Source of the DNA: Polyangiales bacterium
GTDB lineage: Bacteria > Myxococcota_A > Polyangia > Polyangiales > Ga0077539
NCBI GenBank assembly: GCA_044229975.1
Contig: JBGARZ010000023.1
Span: 1-64,000 of the forward strand
Direction of reading: 5' to 3'
Length of the DNA: 64,000 bases
This document shows positions 44,838-54,915 of this stretch, piece after piece. Under the pieces are notes generated by a model that saw only the letters and a list, made by a program, of their open reading frames with translations, did not search any database and had not been told where the DNA came from. How positions within the stretch are numbered: the first letter of the stretch is position 1; the number at the start of each line of letters is the position of its first letter. The position numbers were made by a program, and so were the translations under genes.

Positions 44838-46397
44838 GAGACCCGCCCGGATGGCTCGCCCGAGCGGCTCGTCAGGCGCCGCCTCGGCTCCCCGAATGGT
44901 CCTCTCCCCCACGCCCAGCATCTTCGCCGCTTGCGCCTGCGTCCAACCTTGCTGCAAACGCCAGGCGTGTAGTTCGCCACCTGTTAGCAACAAGGGCGTC
45001 GCGAGCTGCTCGGCCGGCTCGATTCCATGAACCAATCGGTCACGGACCCACTGCGGCGGGTAGAGGTGGCAACGCCCGGTACGGGACCGCGCCTCGTTCG
45101 GGTTCCACCGGGCGAGCCCGAGTCCCCCCACGCGCTGCAGCTCCGCGAGGTTGCGGTCGAGCGCCGTCCAGGCCCTCCCGGGGTCGTGCGAAGACACGGG
45201 GATCCCAGCCGTGTCGAGGAGGCGCTCTCCCGTGAGGGTCAGATGATCCAACCCGTCGGCGGTGTCCCATCTCCACCGGATCGGCAGGATCAGTCCGAGG
45301 GCGAGCGCGTACGGGAAGCGGGCGTGGTCGATCGTCGCCAGCTCGGTAGGAGCCGGGGCCCAGAGCCTCCCGATGGAGCCGTCGGCGCGGCGGACCCCCT
45401 CGTACAACGCCGGGTGGATGACGAGCTCGAGCCCCTGGAGCGCCCACTCGGACCCGCGCAGGGCCTCGCCGCGCTGGGTCACGGCGAGAACTGGGCCGCG
45501 CAGGCGGAGGGTGCCGTCTGAGTTGTAGACGGCGACCTCCATGCGCGTGAGGGCTTCGACCTCGGCGGCGACGGTCGCCCGCAGCTCGGGCGTTCGCCGC
45601 GAGCGGTCGGCGTAGCCGAGGGCGTCGAGGTGGTCTTCGAGCGACCAGCGGATGCGCCCCGTACGTCCGGCCTCGGTGAACAGGCACTGCAGCGCGGCCC
45701 AATGCCGGAGCCCCTGCCACGACCGCCACGCTTTGATGGCATGAACGATCCGCTCGGGCAGCTCCTGGACGTCGAGCCGTAGCCCGAGCTGTTTGCTGGG
45801 GTGGAGGATCTCGGCCCACCCTTCGCGCTGGGTCGTCGTGTAGGGACGCCGACGATTCTTCGGCAGGTCGCGCCACCGGTCGATCAGCGAGTGGTGAACG
45901 TTGCCGGCGTCCAGCGCTATGAAAGGCCGCGCTCGGTCGCGTTCGATCTCGCGCCACGCGAGGTAGGCGCGGGCCGCGAGTGCGACAGAGATGGGCGGTT
46001 CATCGTCCGCGTCGTCGCGGCCGCCCGAGGCGAAGAGGCCGCGGATGCGGTCGCAGCAGGCAGCCGCTGCGGCGGGGTCCGGCGCCCGGTCGCCGAGCCA
46101 GGCGACGACATCGGCGGGGGCGGCGGCCAGCGGCCAGAGCGGCAGGGCAGAGCCGCCCTCCACGCTGACCTCGATGGCCATCCAGACGGTCGGGTCGGCG
46201 CCGAGTTCGGCGCCCGCCGCCGTCAGCGCGGCGAGGTGCGGCTCGGTGTCGGAGAGGCCGGAGGCGCGCACCCGATCGACCACCGCCGCGCGCACGGCAT
46301 CAGCGACCAGCGTTCGGAGCGCGCCGTCGAGCGCGTCGAGGTCGGCTCGCACGAGCAGAGCACGGGCGTCGGAGCGGCGCACGACGAGAGGGGTCAT
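44751..46397 (-). CDS. Putative replication initiator (Rep-like) with C-terminal XRE-type HTH
   Basis: Downstream of parA and its partner, abutting iterons; GELHAWRLQQGWTQAQAAKMLGVGERTI HTH. Function inferred from context. Confidence 0.6.
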   Translation of the reverse strand: MTPLVVRRSDARALLVRADLDALDGALRTLVADAVRAAVVDRVRASGLSDTEPHLAALTAAGAELGADPTVWMAIEVSVEGGSALPLWPLAAAPADVVAWLGDRAPDPAAAAACCDRIRGLFASGGRDDADDEPPISVALAARAYLAWREIERDRARPFIALDAGNVHHSLIDRWRDLPKNRRRPYTTTQREGWAEILHPSKQLGLRLDVQELPERIVHAIKAWRSWQGLRHWAALQCLFTEAGRTGRIRWSLEDHLDALGYADRSRRTPELRATVAAEVEALTRMEVAVYNSDGTLRLRGPVLAVTQRGEALRGSEWALQGLELVIHPALYEGVRRADGSIGRLWAPAPTELATIDHARFPYALALGLILPIRWRWDTADGLDHLTLTGERLLDTAGIPVSSHDPGRAWTALDRNLAELQRVGGLGLARWNPNEARSRTGRCHLYPPQWVRDRLVHGIEPAEQLATPLLLTGGELHAWRLQQGWTQAQAAKMLGVGERTIRGAEAAPDEPLGRAIRAGLDRQVTGRNPADPADELARRGGPAGIRQT

Positions 46398-46447
46398 GGC
46401 GTTTCGAGAAGAGAGCCGTGCAGAGACATCGGAATGCGCTGTCTCAG

Positions 46448-46843
46448 TCAGGCCCGGAGTCGGGCGCGCAAGAGGGCCTTCAAGTCGGCCTCGGACTTCG
46501 CTTCGCTCAGGTCGAGACCCTCGCTCTCCAGCGCATCGACGAGCGCCCGTAGGATCTCCGCCCGCCGGATGGCGGCGCCGGTCTTGGCCCGGATGTCGTT
46601 TGCCAGGCGGTCGAGGAACACGATCTGTCTGTTGAAGAGGACCACGGTGACCTTGGTCCATTCCTCGTGGGTGGCAGGTCGCCCCAGGGCGGGTGCAGCC
46701 GCCTTCACGGCAGTTGGTTCGACCAGCATCGGTGGGGCCGGCTCAGCTGCCAGCGTCGCTGCCGTTTCGGGCTCGGCGGGCGCCGCCTCTGCTGCGGTGG
46801 CCGAGAAGATGTTCATCTTGCCCAGCCTGCTCGGCTTGTTCAT
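46448..46843 (-). CDS. Small ParA partner, ribbon-helix-helix-like centromere-binding protein
   Basis: Disordered Ala/Pro N-terminus, then KVTVVL...RAEILRALVD (strand-helix-helix pattern); immediately downstream of parA. Confidence 0.65.
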   Translation of the reverse strand: MNKPSRLGKMNIFSATAAEAAPAEPETAATLAAEPAPPMLVEPTAVKAAAPALGRPATHEEWTKVTVVLFNRQIVFLDRLANDIRAKTGAAIRRAEILRALVDALESEGLDLSEAKSEADLKALLRARLRA

Positions 46844-46878
46844 GCGTTCCTCACTTCCATTATGACGGCAGTCCGCCC

Positions 46879-47652
46879 TTACTTCTTGCCGTCTTGACGG
46901 CACCTTTGCAAGACCTCAGCAGCGAGCCGGCGATAGGCGTCGGCGCCGCTTGAGTTCGGGTCGTGCCCGAAGATCGTCTCGCCGAAGCTCGGGGCCTCCG
47001 AGAGGCGGACGTTGATCGGAATCTCTGTCTTGAAGACGCGCTCGCCGTAGTGCCCTCGGATGAGGTCGATGACCTCCCCGGTGACCTTCGGCCGACGGTC
47101 CACCTGGGTGAGCACCAGTCCCAACAAGGTGGCCTTTGCACCGGTGCCCCGGCGAAGCAGTTCCGTGGCCTCCATCAGGTTCACGAGTCCCTCGACGGCC
47201 AGGTACTGGGGTGTGACCGGCACCAGGAAGGCGTCCGCGGCCACCAGGGCGTTGATGGGCACCATCGAGAGCGAGGGAGGGCAGTCGAGGAGGATGAAGG
47301 CGTAGTCGCCTCTCACCGGCGCCAGGGCCTCCACCAGACGGCGCTCGCGTCCCTTCACGTCGGCGAGGGCGAGGTCGGCGTTGGCCAGGGCCATCGAGCC
47401 AGTGAGCAGGTCGAGGCCCTCGACGGCCGTCGGACGGATCGCGTCGCGAATCGGCAGCCCGTCGAGCAGGACCTCCGCCGACGAGGGGGCGAGCTTGTCG
47501 CGCGCGACCCCGAGCGAGAAGGACGCCGACCCCTGGCTGTCCAGATCGGCTAGCAGCACGCGCCGCGTCTTCGTGGCGAGCCCCGCCGCGAGGTTGACCG
47601 CCGTGGTCGTCTTGGCGACGCCACCCTTGTTGTTGACCAGCGCGATGATCAT
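46879..47652 (-). CDS. parA: ParA/Soj family partitioning ATPase
   Basis: NNKGGVAKTTT, LADLDSQG, ILLDCPPSL, LSEAPSFG. Confidence 0.95.
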   Translation of the reverse strand: MIIALVNNKGGVAKTTTAVNLAAGLATKTRRVLLADLDSQGSASFSLGVARDKLAPSSAEVLLDGLPIRDAIRPTAVEGLDLLTGSMALANADLALADVKGRERRLVEALAPVRGDYAFILLDCPPSLSMVPINALVAADAFLVPVTPQYLAVEGLVNLMEATELLRRGTGAKATLLGLVLTQVDRRPKVTGEVIDLIRGHYGERVFKTEIPINVRLSEAPSFGETIFGHDPNSSGADAYRRLAAEVLQRCRQDGKK

Positions 47653-47921
47653 GCCATCCGTCCTTCCGCCTAGACGGCTGGGTAGCATGACGCCCTGACT
47701 TCTTTCCATCCCAAAGTGGACCGGCATACTGTGGTCGTCGAAGGGGACCTTCCCCACCTTCGCCATGCCCACAACTACCCCTGCGAGGTCGGCGTAGAGC
47801 TCTGCGCGTGCCAGGCTCCGCCGATTCACATGCAGCTCCATGCGGGTAGACCAGGCGCACAAGCCGTTGCCACAACCGTCCCCTGCGCTTGCGGCGCCGA
47901 CCAGATCACGGGGGTGGTGCG

Positions 47922-50201
47922 ATGAGCCTCCCCGTCCAGGAACGTCGCGGGGTGTCCCCCGTCGCGCGATCGGGGTTCGCGCGGGACACGCGTATCGAAC
48001 CCAATGCCCTCACCGCAATCAAGCAGGAGGCGGCGTTTGGTTGGCTCTGCTGCCAGCTGTTGCCCGGGATGTCGAGCATTCGCGTGCTCCCCGGCGAGGT
48101 GGGCACCGAGAGGGACTGGGTCAGGCCCGCGATCCAATCGAACGTGGACCCTCGGGACGCCGTCGCCGCACACCTCCTCGCGGGCGACAGAAGGAACTCG
48201 GTGTCGTTGCCGGGGTACACGCGAGAGCCCGTGCGGTCGGTCGCGTTTGCGTACTCGAAAAGGGCGCGCACCTCGCGCCTGACAATCCACCTGTCTGGCC
48301 GCGTTCCAGGCTACGAGGTCGGCACGTTCGTCCAGCGCCTCGGCGACCGAGTGGGCCACAGCCGCCTGTTGGTCACCTCGGTCAGCGCCATGGTCGGCGG
48401 TCGCAGGGAGCACCGATGCCACGTCCGCGTGCCGGAGATGGAGGTGTTATGCGCGGTGACCGCGGTCTCTCAACTGCTCGAAGACTGCGGCTTCGCGCAG
48501 CGTAGCGGGGTGGTCGAGGTGTTCCCGGACAGCCGGTTTGCCGGCCTGCCCTTCGGGCTGCTCGAGAACGAGTTGCTGCGCTACGGCGACGGCGGTCTGG
48601 AGTCCGAGCCCGAGTGCGGGTGGCGGCGGCTGGTCGCGGAGTTTCAGGCGTTGGAGACCCTCGACTTCGAGCGTCTTCTTCCGCCCTCCTCCTCCGACCC
48701 AGAAGTCACCACATCTCGCGCCGCCGACCCGCTCGCTCCGGCGACTGTCGCCCCTCGTGCTGCCGACCCACCGATCTCCTCGACGGCGCCGTCCGTGGCT
48801 CCCGGGAGCGTTGATGCCTACTTCGAGCTGGTCTGTCACGGGGTCGCCCTCGTGTCCGTGCAGCCAGAGTCCTGCCCATGGACCCCGGAGGGGGGCTGGA
48901 AGTGGTTGAAGACGCGAATCGACGTGAAGCGTTCGGTTGTCGCGCACCTGCTGGCCTCCCAGACGGGGCAGCCCTCGCGGCTCGGGCGACGCGGCATCCG
49001 CGCGTCCGGGCTCTCGTACCGGCCCGATGCGACGACGTCCCGCATCACGATCGACCTGGACGGCAAGCACGGGTACGAGCCCGCCAAGGTCGTCGCTGCT
49101 CTCGCCGCCATCGTGGGACGCGACCGCCTGATGGTGACCGCGAGCAGCGGCTCCCCCGGGCACTACCATTGTCACGCCCGGGTCCCACCGATGCGCGTGG
49201 ATGAGACGGTCGCGGCGTCGCGCGCGCTGCTCGACAGGGCCGGGTTCAAGTGGAAGCTGGGTGGCGCGGAGACCTACCCGAGCACTGGCAACTGTCGCCT
49301 GCCGTTCGGCCTGGGCGGGTGCGAGCTGTTCGAGGACGAGCAACTCCAGGTCGGCCATCAGGAGACGTGGCAGGAGCTCACGAAGCGGCTCTGTGGGATG
49401 CCGACGCTGGTGTTCCAATCGGGGTCGCCGCCTGGTAGCCGAGCGCGTCGGCACGTCCGCTCGCGCGCCCGGGCCCGTAACGCCGAGACGGCTGCCCGCA
49501 TCGAGAGGTGGCGCGCGAACGGGGTCGAACGCCACGAGCGAAACCAAGCGCTGTTCGACCTCGTGGTGAACGGTCGTTGTCGGGGCCTCGCGGAAGATGA
49601 GGTCCTTCGCGAGCTCCAGGGATGGATCGACGGAGGCGGCCTGGCGCGGAGCGCCGTGGCGCGGAAACCCGGCGGCATCGCCAAGCAGCGTAACCAGGTT
49701 CTCCCGGATGTTGTGGAGCGGGTGTATGGCTACCCTCCCCCCGCGAAGCAGAAGGCCAACCTCACGGAGACAGAGATCGCCTGGGTCGTCGAGATCGCCA
49801 AAGAGCGATGCCCCAAACGGCGCGCGCACGCGGTGGTGCTCCTGCTCGACGTGCTGCCATGGTTCAAGGCCGCGTGGCTCGAGGGCAGGACGGACGTCAC
49901 GCTCGGGCAGAAGGAGTGGGCCCGAACCCTCGGGCGACGGGGGGATGGCTACGCGTTGCTCCGGCGACAACTGCACCTGTTCAGGCAGACGTCCCACTAC
50001 GTGATTGGCGAGCGCTCGACCACCTGGTGCCTGACCGAGCCCGTCCCCTTCGAGTCTCGCCATCCGACCGAGCGTCTGGTTTCGACGAACCCGCGTCCCG
50101 CGACGAAGCGCACTGGTTCGAAGCCCTCCCGCCTCCAAAAGACGGCGTGGGTTCTGGCGGCCGCTGAGCGGGTAGCTCGCGGCGTCGTCCGGGATGGGTG
50201 A
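47922..50201 (+). CDS. AEP-superfamily primase/replicase-like protein with duplicated catalytic domain and PriCT-like helix
   Basis: Second repeat has ITIDLDG, SSGSPGHYH and CRLPFG, followed by HERNQALF; first repeat is alignable but degenerate. Confidence 0.6.
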   Translation: MSLPVQERRGVSPVARSGFARDTRIEPNALTAIKQEAAFGWLCCQLLPGMSSIRVLPGEVGTERDWVRPAIQSNVDPRDAVAAHLLAGDRRNSVSLPGYTREPVRSVAFAYSKRARTSRLTIHLSGRVPGYEVGTFVQRLGDRVGHSRLLVTSVSAMVGGRREHRCHVRVPEMEVLCAVTAVSQLLEDCGFAQRSGVVEVFPDSRFAGLPFGLLENELLRYGDGGLESEPECGWRRLVAEFQALETLDFERLLPPSSSDPEVTTSRAADPLAPATVAPRAADPPISSTAPSVAPGSVDAYFELVCHGVALVSVQPESCPWTPEGGWKWLKTRIDVKRSVVAHLLASQTGQPSRLGRRGIRASGLSYRPDATTSRITIDLDGKHGYEPAKVVAALAAIVGRDRLMVTASSGSPGHYHCHARVPPMRVDETVAASRALLDRAGFKWKLGGAETYPSTGNCRLPFGLGGCELFEDEQLQVGHQETWQELTKRLCGMPTLVFQSGSPPGSRARRHVRSRARARNAETAARIERWRANGVERHERNQALFDLVVNGRCRGLAEDEVLRELQGWIDGGGLARSAVARKPGGIAKQRNQVLPDVVERVYGYPPPAKQKANLTETEIAWVVEIAKERCPKRRAHAVVLLLDVLPWFKAAWLEGRTDVTLGQKEWARTLGRRGDGYALLRRQLHLFRQTSHYVIGERSTTWCLTEPVPFESRHPTERLVSTNPRPATKRTGSKPSRLQKTAWVLAAAERVARGVVRDG

Positions 50202-50491
50202 AAGTTCCCCGTCGAAAAAGCTGTGAGTTACCAGCCACTTCCGGTCAAACAAGACGCACTCTGTCTGCTCCTACCCGTTGGGACGCACTGTGTCGGTGAG
50301 GGCGGCGGCGGACCAAGACCACGGAGTGCTGATCGGAGAGCAGACGGTCGGACGCAAGTCGAGGAGGAGAGGGAAGCCGTCGCCCCCGCTGCCGCCGTCG
50401 TCGATGCCGCGTGAGACCACGGAGTGCTGGTCGGATGCCGGTCGCTGGGCCGGTTCGCGGGCCCCACCGTACGCACCCCAGCGGGGCGCAG

Positions 50492-50985
50492 CTACTGGCG
50501 CGATCGGGGAGGGCGAGGGGGCGGCTGGAAGAGCTCGGGCTGGTCGTCCGCTGCCTCCGCGCGCCGCTTCGGGCGGTGGGGGCGCGCCTCCGCGCGCTCG
50601 GGAGGCGGGAGACGGACGGGCGGCCAGGGAGGCGGCACGGCGGCCTCTTCCTCTTCGGCGTCGGGCGCGCGGACGCGCTCGTCGCGCGGGCGCAGGAACA
50701 CCACTCCCGCCGGCGGGGCGAACGCGTCGGGCGCCTCGTCGAGCAGCGCCCGCCCGGCGAGCCGCTCAAGCTCCGCGGCTGCGGCGAGCTCACGGGCGAC
50801 GTGGTCCAGGTAGGAGCGCGCGCGGCGTAGCCGCGTGACGAGGTCGGCGAGCTCGGGGCGGAGCTCGACGAGGCGGGCCACACGGGGATGGGCGCAGTCC
50901 GCCGCGAGCACCGCGGGCTCGGTCGAGCCGCAGCGGAGGCACAGCTCCACCGTCGTCGTGATGGGGCGGACGCGCTGGTCGGTCA
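50492..50985 (-). CDS. Hypothetical protein with CxxC motif and coiled coil
   Basis: CLRCG...CAH, helical middle section, QPELF tail; start uncertain. Confidence 0.4.
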
Positions 50986-51159
50986 CGACACGAGCGTAGC
51001 CCCGCGCGGAACGGCCCGTCACCTTTCGGCGCGGCGCCGCGCCGACGTCATCCGGCTGGGCGGCGCCCTTGCCATGACGGCCCAGGGCGGGCGAAGACGC
51101 GCCACCGTGGCGCCCCCGCACACGCCTCGGCCCGCACCTCACGTCCGCGCGCCCTGTGG

Positions 51160-51706
51160 CGCGCGCTACGCCTTGGCTGCCCTCCTCGCGAGCCTGCCGC
51201 GCCGGCCCGACCTCGCGGGCGCCCTCCTCGTCGTCCGCGCCGCCCAGGCCGACGCGCGCCTCCAGGGCCGCCTCGGCGTGCCGCTGCCCAGCTTCTCCTT
51301 CCAGGGCGGGCGCGAGAACGAATACTTCGCCCAGGGCGGCCTCGAAGTGCCCCTGCCGATCTACCAGCGCAACCAGACGGGCCGGGCCGTCGCCACCGCC
51401 CGGGTCGCGACGCGCCAGGCCGAGCGCGTCGCGGGGCTGGCGCGGGCCGAGGCGGAGCTGCGGTCCGCCTACGCCGGGTACGAGGGCACGCGCGCGGCGC
51501 TGGCCACGCTGCGCGCTGCGGACGATGCGGTGGGCCTCACCGAGCGCCTCGCGACGCGCGCCTACGAGCTGGGTCAGCGCGACCTGGCGAGCGTCCTGGT
51601 GGCCCGCCGCTCAGCCGCCGAGGCCCGGCAGCGGCGCCTGGAAACCCTCGTCGCCCTCGCCCGGGCACGCGTTGCGGTCGATCAAGCGGCGGGGCGGGGT
51701 CGATAG
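51160..51706 (+). pseudogene. C-terminal fragment of a TolC/CzcC-family gene
   Basis: RRPDL, VPLPIYQRNQ, RAYELGQRDL; no signal peptide or N-terminal half. Confidence 0.75.
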
Positions 51707-52064
51707 GCTTCCTTCCGTTAGGAAGGCCTTCCGTCTTGCCGTCTTGCCGTCCTCGCACCCTATCCGTAGAGGAGGGCGCGTCGCTCCGCCTGGGCGTGGA
51801 CGCGACCGGCTGGCTGTGTGACCAACGGGATGTGGCCGCACGGCACCGCCCAGGCGACCGAAGGCTCGGGAGGGACAAGCTCCCGGGCCTTCAAGTTTTC
51901 TCCAGCCAGACCCCGGGACTCCACCGCAGTCCGGCCGCGGTGTCAGGTCCCCTCGGGACCCTCACGAAAACCGCGCTTGAACGAAGCCATCAACAGTCAA
52001 AAGCCAGGCCGGCAAGCAGCGCCACGCCAAACAGCAGCGGCGGAGGGACGGCTTCACTCCTGCG

Positions 52065-52634
52065 TCAACCCACGTTGCTGATCAGGCGCGCGCCCAGATC
52101 GTAGATCACCCACCCATAGGCGCCGAGGCTCGGCAGCGCTGTCGTGACCATCCCGAACGCCCGGCCACCCGCGCCGCGCGGATAGCCGCGCAGGAAGGTC
52201 ACGCGCCCAACTGTGAAGAGCACCACCGCTCCGGCGACGTAGGTCATCGGCGCCTCGCCGGCGACGGTGGCGAGCGCCAGGTGACCAACCACCGCGATGA
52301 ACGCCTGCTCCAAGGTGTTCTGGAGAAACGCCGCGCGCACAGCCAGCCGCGGGCTCGGCGGGCCATAGGCCGATCCGGCATTGTCTTCGGCGGAGATGAA
52401 CCGGATGCGGGAGACGAGGCGGACAGCGACGAGCACCCAGATCGCCACGAAGAGATCAGCGCGCAGGACGAACGCCAGCCGATCCGGCATTTCGTCGGAC
52501 AACTCGAGTTGCCGGGGAAGCCAGAACACCGCCGCGCCCAGAATGATCGCGCAAACCGGAACCGCAACAGCGGCCTGTCGCCGCACCCGCCGCTGCTCGG
52601 CTGCAAGATCAACCGGAGGGGGAGTCGCGTTCAT
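52065..52634 (-). CDS. MAPEG family membrane protein
   Basis: FLQNTLEQ, GRVTFLRGY, RAFG. Confidence 0.8.
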   Translation of the reverse strand: MNATPPPVDLAAEQRRVRRQAAVAVPVCAIILGAAVFWLPRQLELSDEMPDRLAFVLRADLFVAIWVLVAVRLVSRIRFISAEDNAGSAYGPPSPRLAVRAAFLQNTLEQAFIAVVGHLALATVAGEAPMTYVAGAVVLFTVGRVTFLRGYPRGAGGRAFGMVTTALPSLGAYGWVIYDLGARLISNVG

Positions 52635-52806
52635 CCTCGGCTTCCTTCGCGGATTTCCCGTCTGGCGCCTCTGGCGGCAGGGTTGTCACCGGGACCTCGT
52701 CTCCCCCTTCTCGCGGTGCCTACCGGCGGCCTCTGGCCTGTCGGGCCGGGCTGCGGGCGCGCGGGCGCCGCCCGGGTCCCCGCGGAATCGGCCCCGGGCT
52801 CCATCG

Positions 52807-54708
52807 CTACTTCGTCCACTCGGTGGTCTCGACCACGGGGAGGTGGAGGGCGCGCTCGCGCTCGAGGTCGAGGTTGCCGACGTGGAGCGACAGGGGCGCC
52901 TGGACCCACTTGTAGATCGACTGCACGAACAGCCGGACGAACTTCTCGACCCACCCGCGGATCGCGGCGGGCGCCTCCCCCGGGAACATCACCAGGAGGG
53001 CCTCGACGACCTCGCCCGGCGAGAGCTTCTCGGCGGCGTAGAGGTGGAAGCAGGCGTCGAGCATGCGGAAGGGCATGAGCTCGTCTTCGCCTCGCTGGTC
53101 GGGCGCGAGCTCGGGGCCCGCCGGGGCCGAGAGCGTGAGCCGGATGCCCTCGAATCCGTGCCGCTCGAGGAGGTATTCGAGGAGGTAGACGACGACGGTC
53201 TTGGGCACGTTGGCGAGCACCGCGAGGGCGCCCTCCAGGTCGCCGCCGATGGTGGTGTAGCCCATCGCCTTCTCGCTCATGTTCCCCGTCTGGAGGAAGA
53301 GCATCCCGCTCGTGTTCGACCAGTTCCACATCCGCTGCGCGCGGATGCGGGCCTGGACATTCTGCTCGGTGACCGGGGTGAGCGCGCCGCCCACCATGGC
53401 GCGCGCGGCCTCCGCCTCGCGCAGGAACGCCTCCTCGATGGGCACGACCCGGAAGGGCACCCCGAGCTCCTCGCAGATGGTGCGGGCGCAGGTGCTCGTG
53501 TGGTCCGAGGAGTAGCGCGAGGGCATGTAGAAGGCCCGCAAGAGCTCGCCCGCCTTCGAGCGCCGCGCCCCCTCGTCGAGGCCGGCGAAGCGCCTTTGCA
53601 CGTAGCGCCAGGCGACCAGCAGCGTGAGGAGCGAGTCGCGCCCCCCCGAGAGCGCGATGCCGAGGCCCGTGAACGCCCGGGTCTTCTCGAAGTAGTCGCC
53701 CACGCCGAGCGCGAGGGCGTCGAGCAGGTCGTCGCAGAACTCGTCGCGCGCCGGACGGGGCGCGCCCACCGGCGGCAGGAAGAAGCTCCCGTGGGCGGGC
53801 GCGGGGTAGGCGAGGCCCGAGCGGTCGGCCGTGCGCCCGGCGACCTCCAGGACCGTGGGGCGCGCCGCGGCGGCGCGGGCGTCGAGGCAGTCGCCGCGCC
53901 AGGTGGTGTTCTCGGTGCGCAGTCGCCGCGTGCGGTCCAGGTCCACCGTCGCCGCGGCCCACGACTCGCGCCAGCGCGGCGCCTCGAGCACCGGGCGGCC
54001 GTTCTGGAAGACGAAGCCCCCGCCGTCGAAGATGAGCCCGTCGTTGGCGCCCACGCTGGTCACGTAGGCGAGGGCGCACTGGTTGTCGGCCGAGCGCGTC
54101 GCGAGCATCTCCCGGCGCGTGCCGAGGACCCCCGCGCGGTAGGGCGAGCCGGAGATGTTCACGACGAGCTCGGCGCCCGCGTACGCGCGGCGGCGCATCG
54201 GGCCGTCGGGCGACCACACGTCCTCGCAGAGCTCGACCGCGAGCGCGCCGAAGTCGAACGCGAACACGAGGTCGCCGAGGGGCACGCCCCCGAGGTCGTC
54301 GAGCTGGCCGGGGGCGCCGCGGGAGAAGGTGCGCGCCTCGTGGAAGACGTTGTAGGTGGGGAGCTTCTCCTTCGGGACCACCCCGACGATGCGGCCGCGG
54401 TGGACGACGGCGGCGGCGTTGTAGAGGTGGCCGCCGCGCGCGACGACGAGGCCGAGGACCCACACGGTGCCGGCCCCGGCGGTCCCGGCCGCGAAGCGCT
54501 GGAGCTGCTCCCACTGGGCCGCGACGAAGCCGCGCCACTGCACGAGGTCCTCGGCGGGGTAGCCGCCGATCACCTGCTCGGGGAAGGCGCCGACGGTCGC
54601 GCCCGCGGCGGCCATCTCGCCCGCCATGCGGAGGCAGCGGTCGGTGTTCGAGCGGACCGAGCCCACGGTGGCGTTCACGCTGCCGAGGGCGATCTTGATG
54701 AGCCTCAT
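52807..54708 (-). CDS. nadE: Glutamine-dependent NAD+ synthetase
   Basis: Nitrilase domain (FPEQ, PKEKLPTY, LCEDVW); SGGRDS, NVQARIR, TGNMSE, GYTTIGGD. Confidence 0.93.
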   Translation of the reverse strand: MRLIKIALGSVNATVGSVRSNTDRCLRMAGEMAAAGATVGAFPEQVIGGYPAEDLVQWRGFVAAQWEQLQRFAAGTAGAGTVWVLGLVVARGGHLYNAAAVVHRGRIVGVVPKEKLPTYNVFHEARTFSRGAPGQLDDLGGVPLGDLVFAFDFGALAVELCEDVWSPDGPMRRRAYAGAELVVNISGSPYRAGVLGTRREMLATRSADNQCALAYVTSVGANDGLIFDGGGFVFQNGRPVLEAPRWRESWAAATVDLDRTRRLRTENTTWRGDCLDARAAAARPTVLEVAGRTADRSGLAYPAPAHGSFFLPPVGAPRPARDEFCDDLLDALALGVGDYFEKTRAFTGLGIALSGGRDSLLTLLVAWRYVQRRFAGLDEGARRSKAGELLRAFYMPSRYSSDHTSTCARTICEELGVPFRVVPIEEAFLREAEAARAMVGGALTPVTEQNVQARIRAQRMWNWSNTSGMLFLQTGNMSEKAMGYTTIGGDLEGALAVLANVPKTVVVYLLEYLLERHGFEGIRLTLSAPAGPELAPDQRGEDELMPFRMLDACFHLYAAEKLSPGEVVEALLVMFPGEAPAAIRGWVEKFVRLFVQSIYKWVQAPLSLHVGNLDLERERALHLPVVETTEWTK

Positions 54709-54915
54709 CACGCGCCGGTTTCGGCGGCGGCGGGGAACTCGCTGGAGGGCGAGCGGAGGATCAGGGCGCGGGCGTCGCGGCGCGCGGGGCGGGGGCCTCG
54801 TGTCGATCCCCGCAGGCACAGGCGGGGCACCCGAGCATGACCAGAAGCGCGAGGCGAACCAATCCGATCGAACCCTTCATGTCCTTGTCCTTCCGGCGTC
54901 ATAACGCGACGCGAC

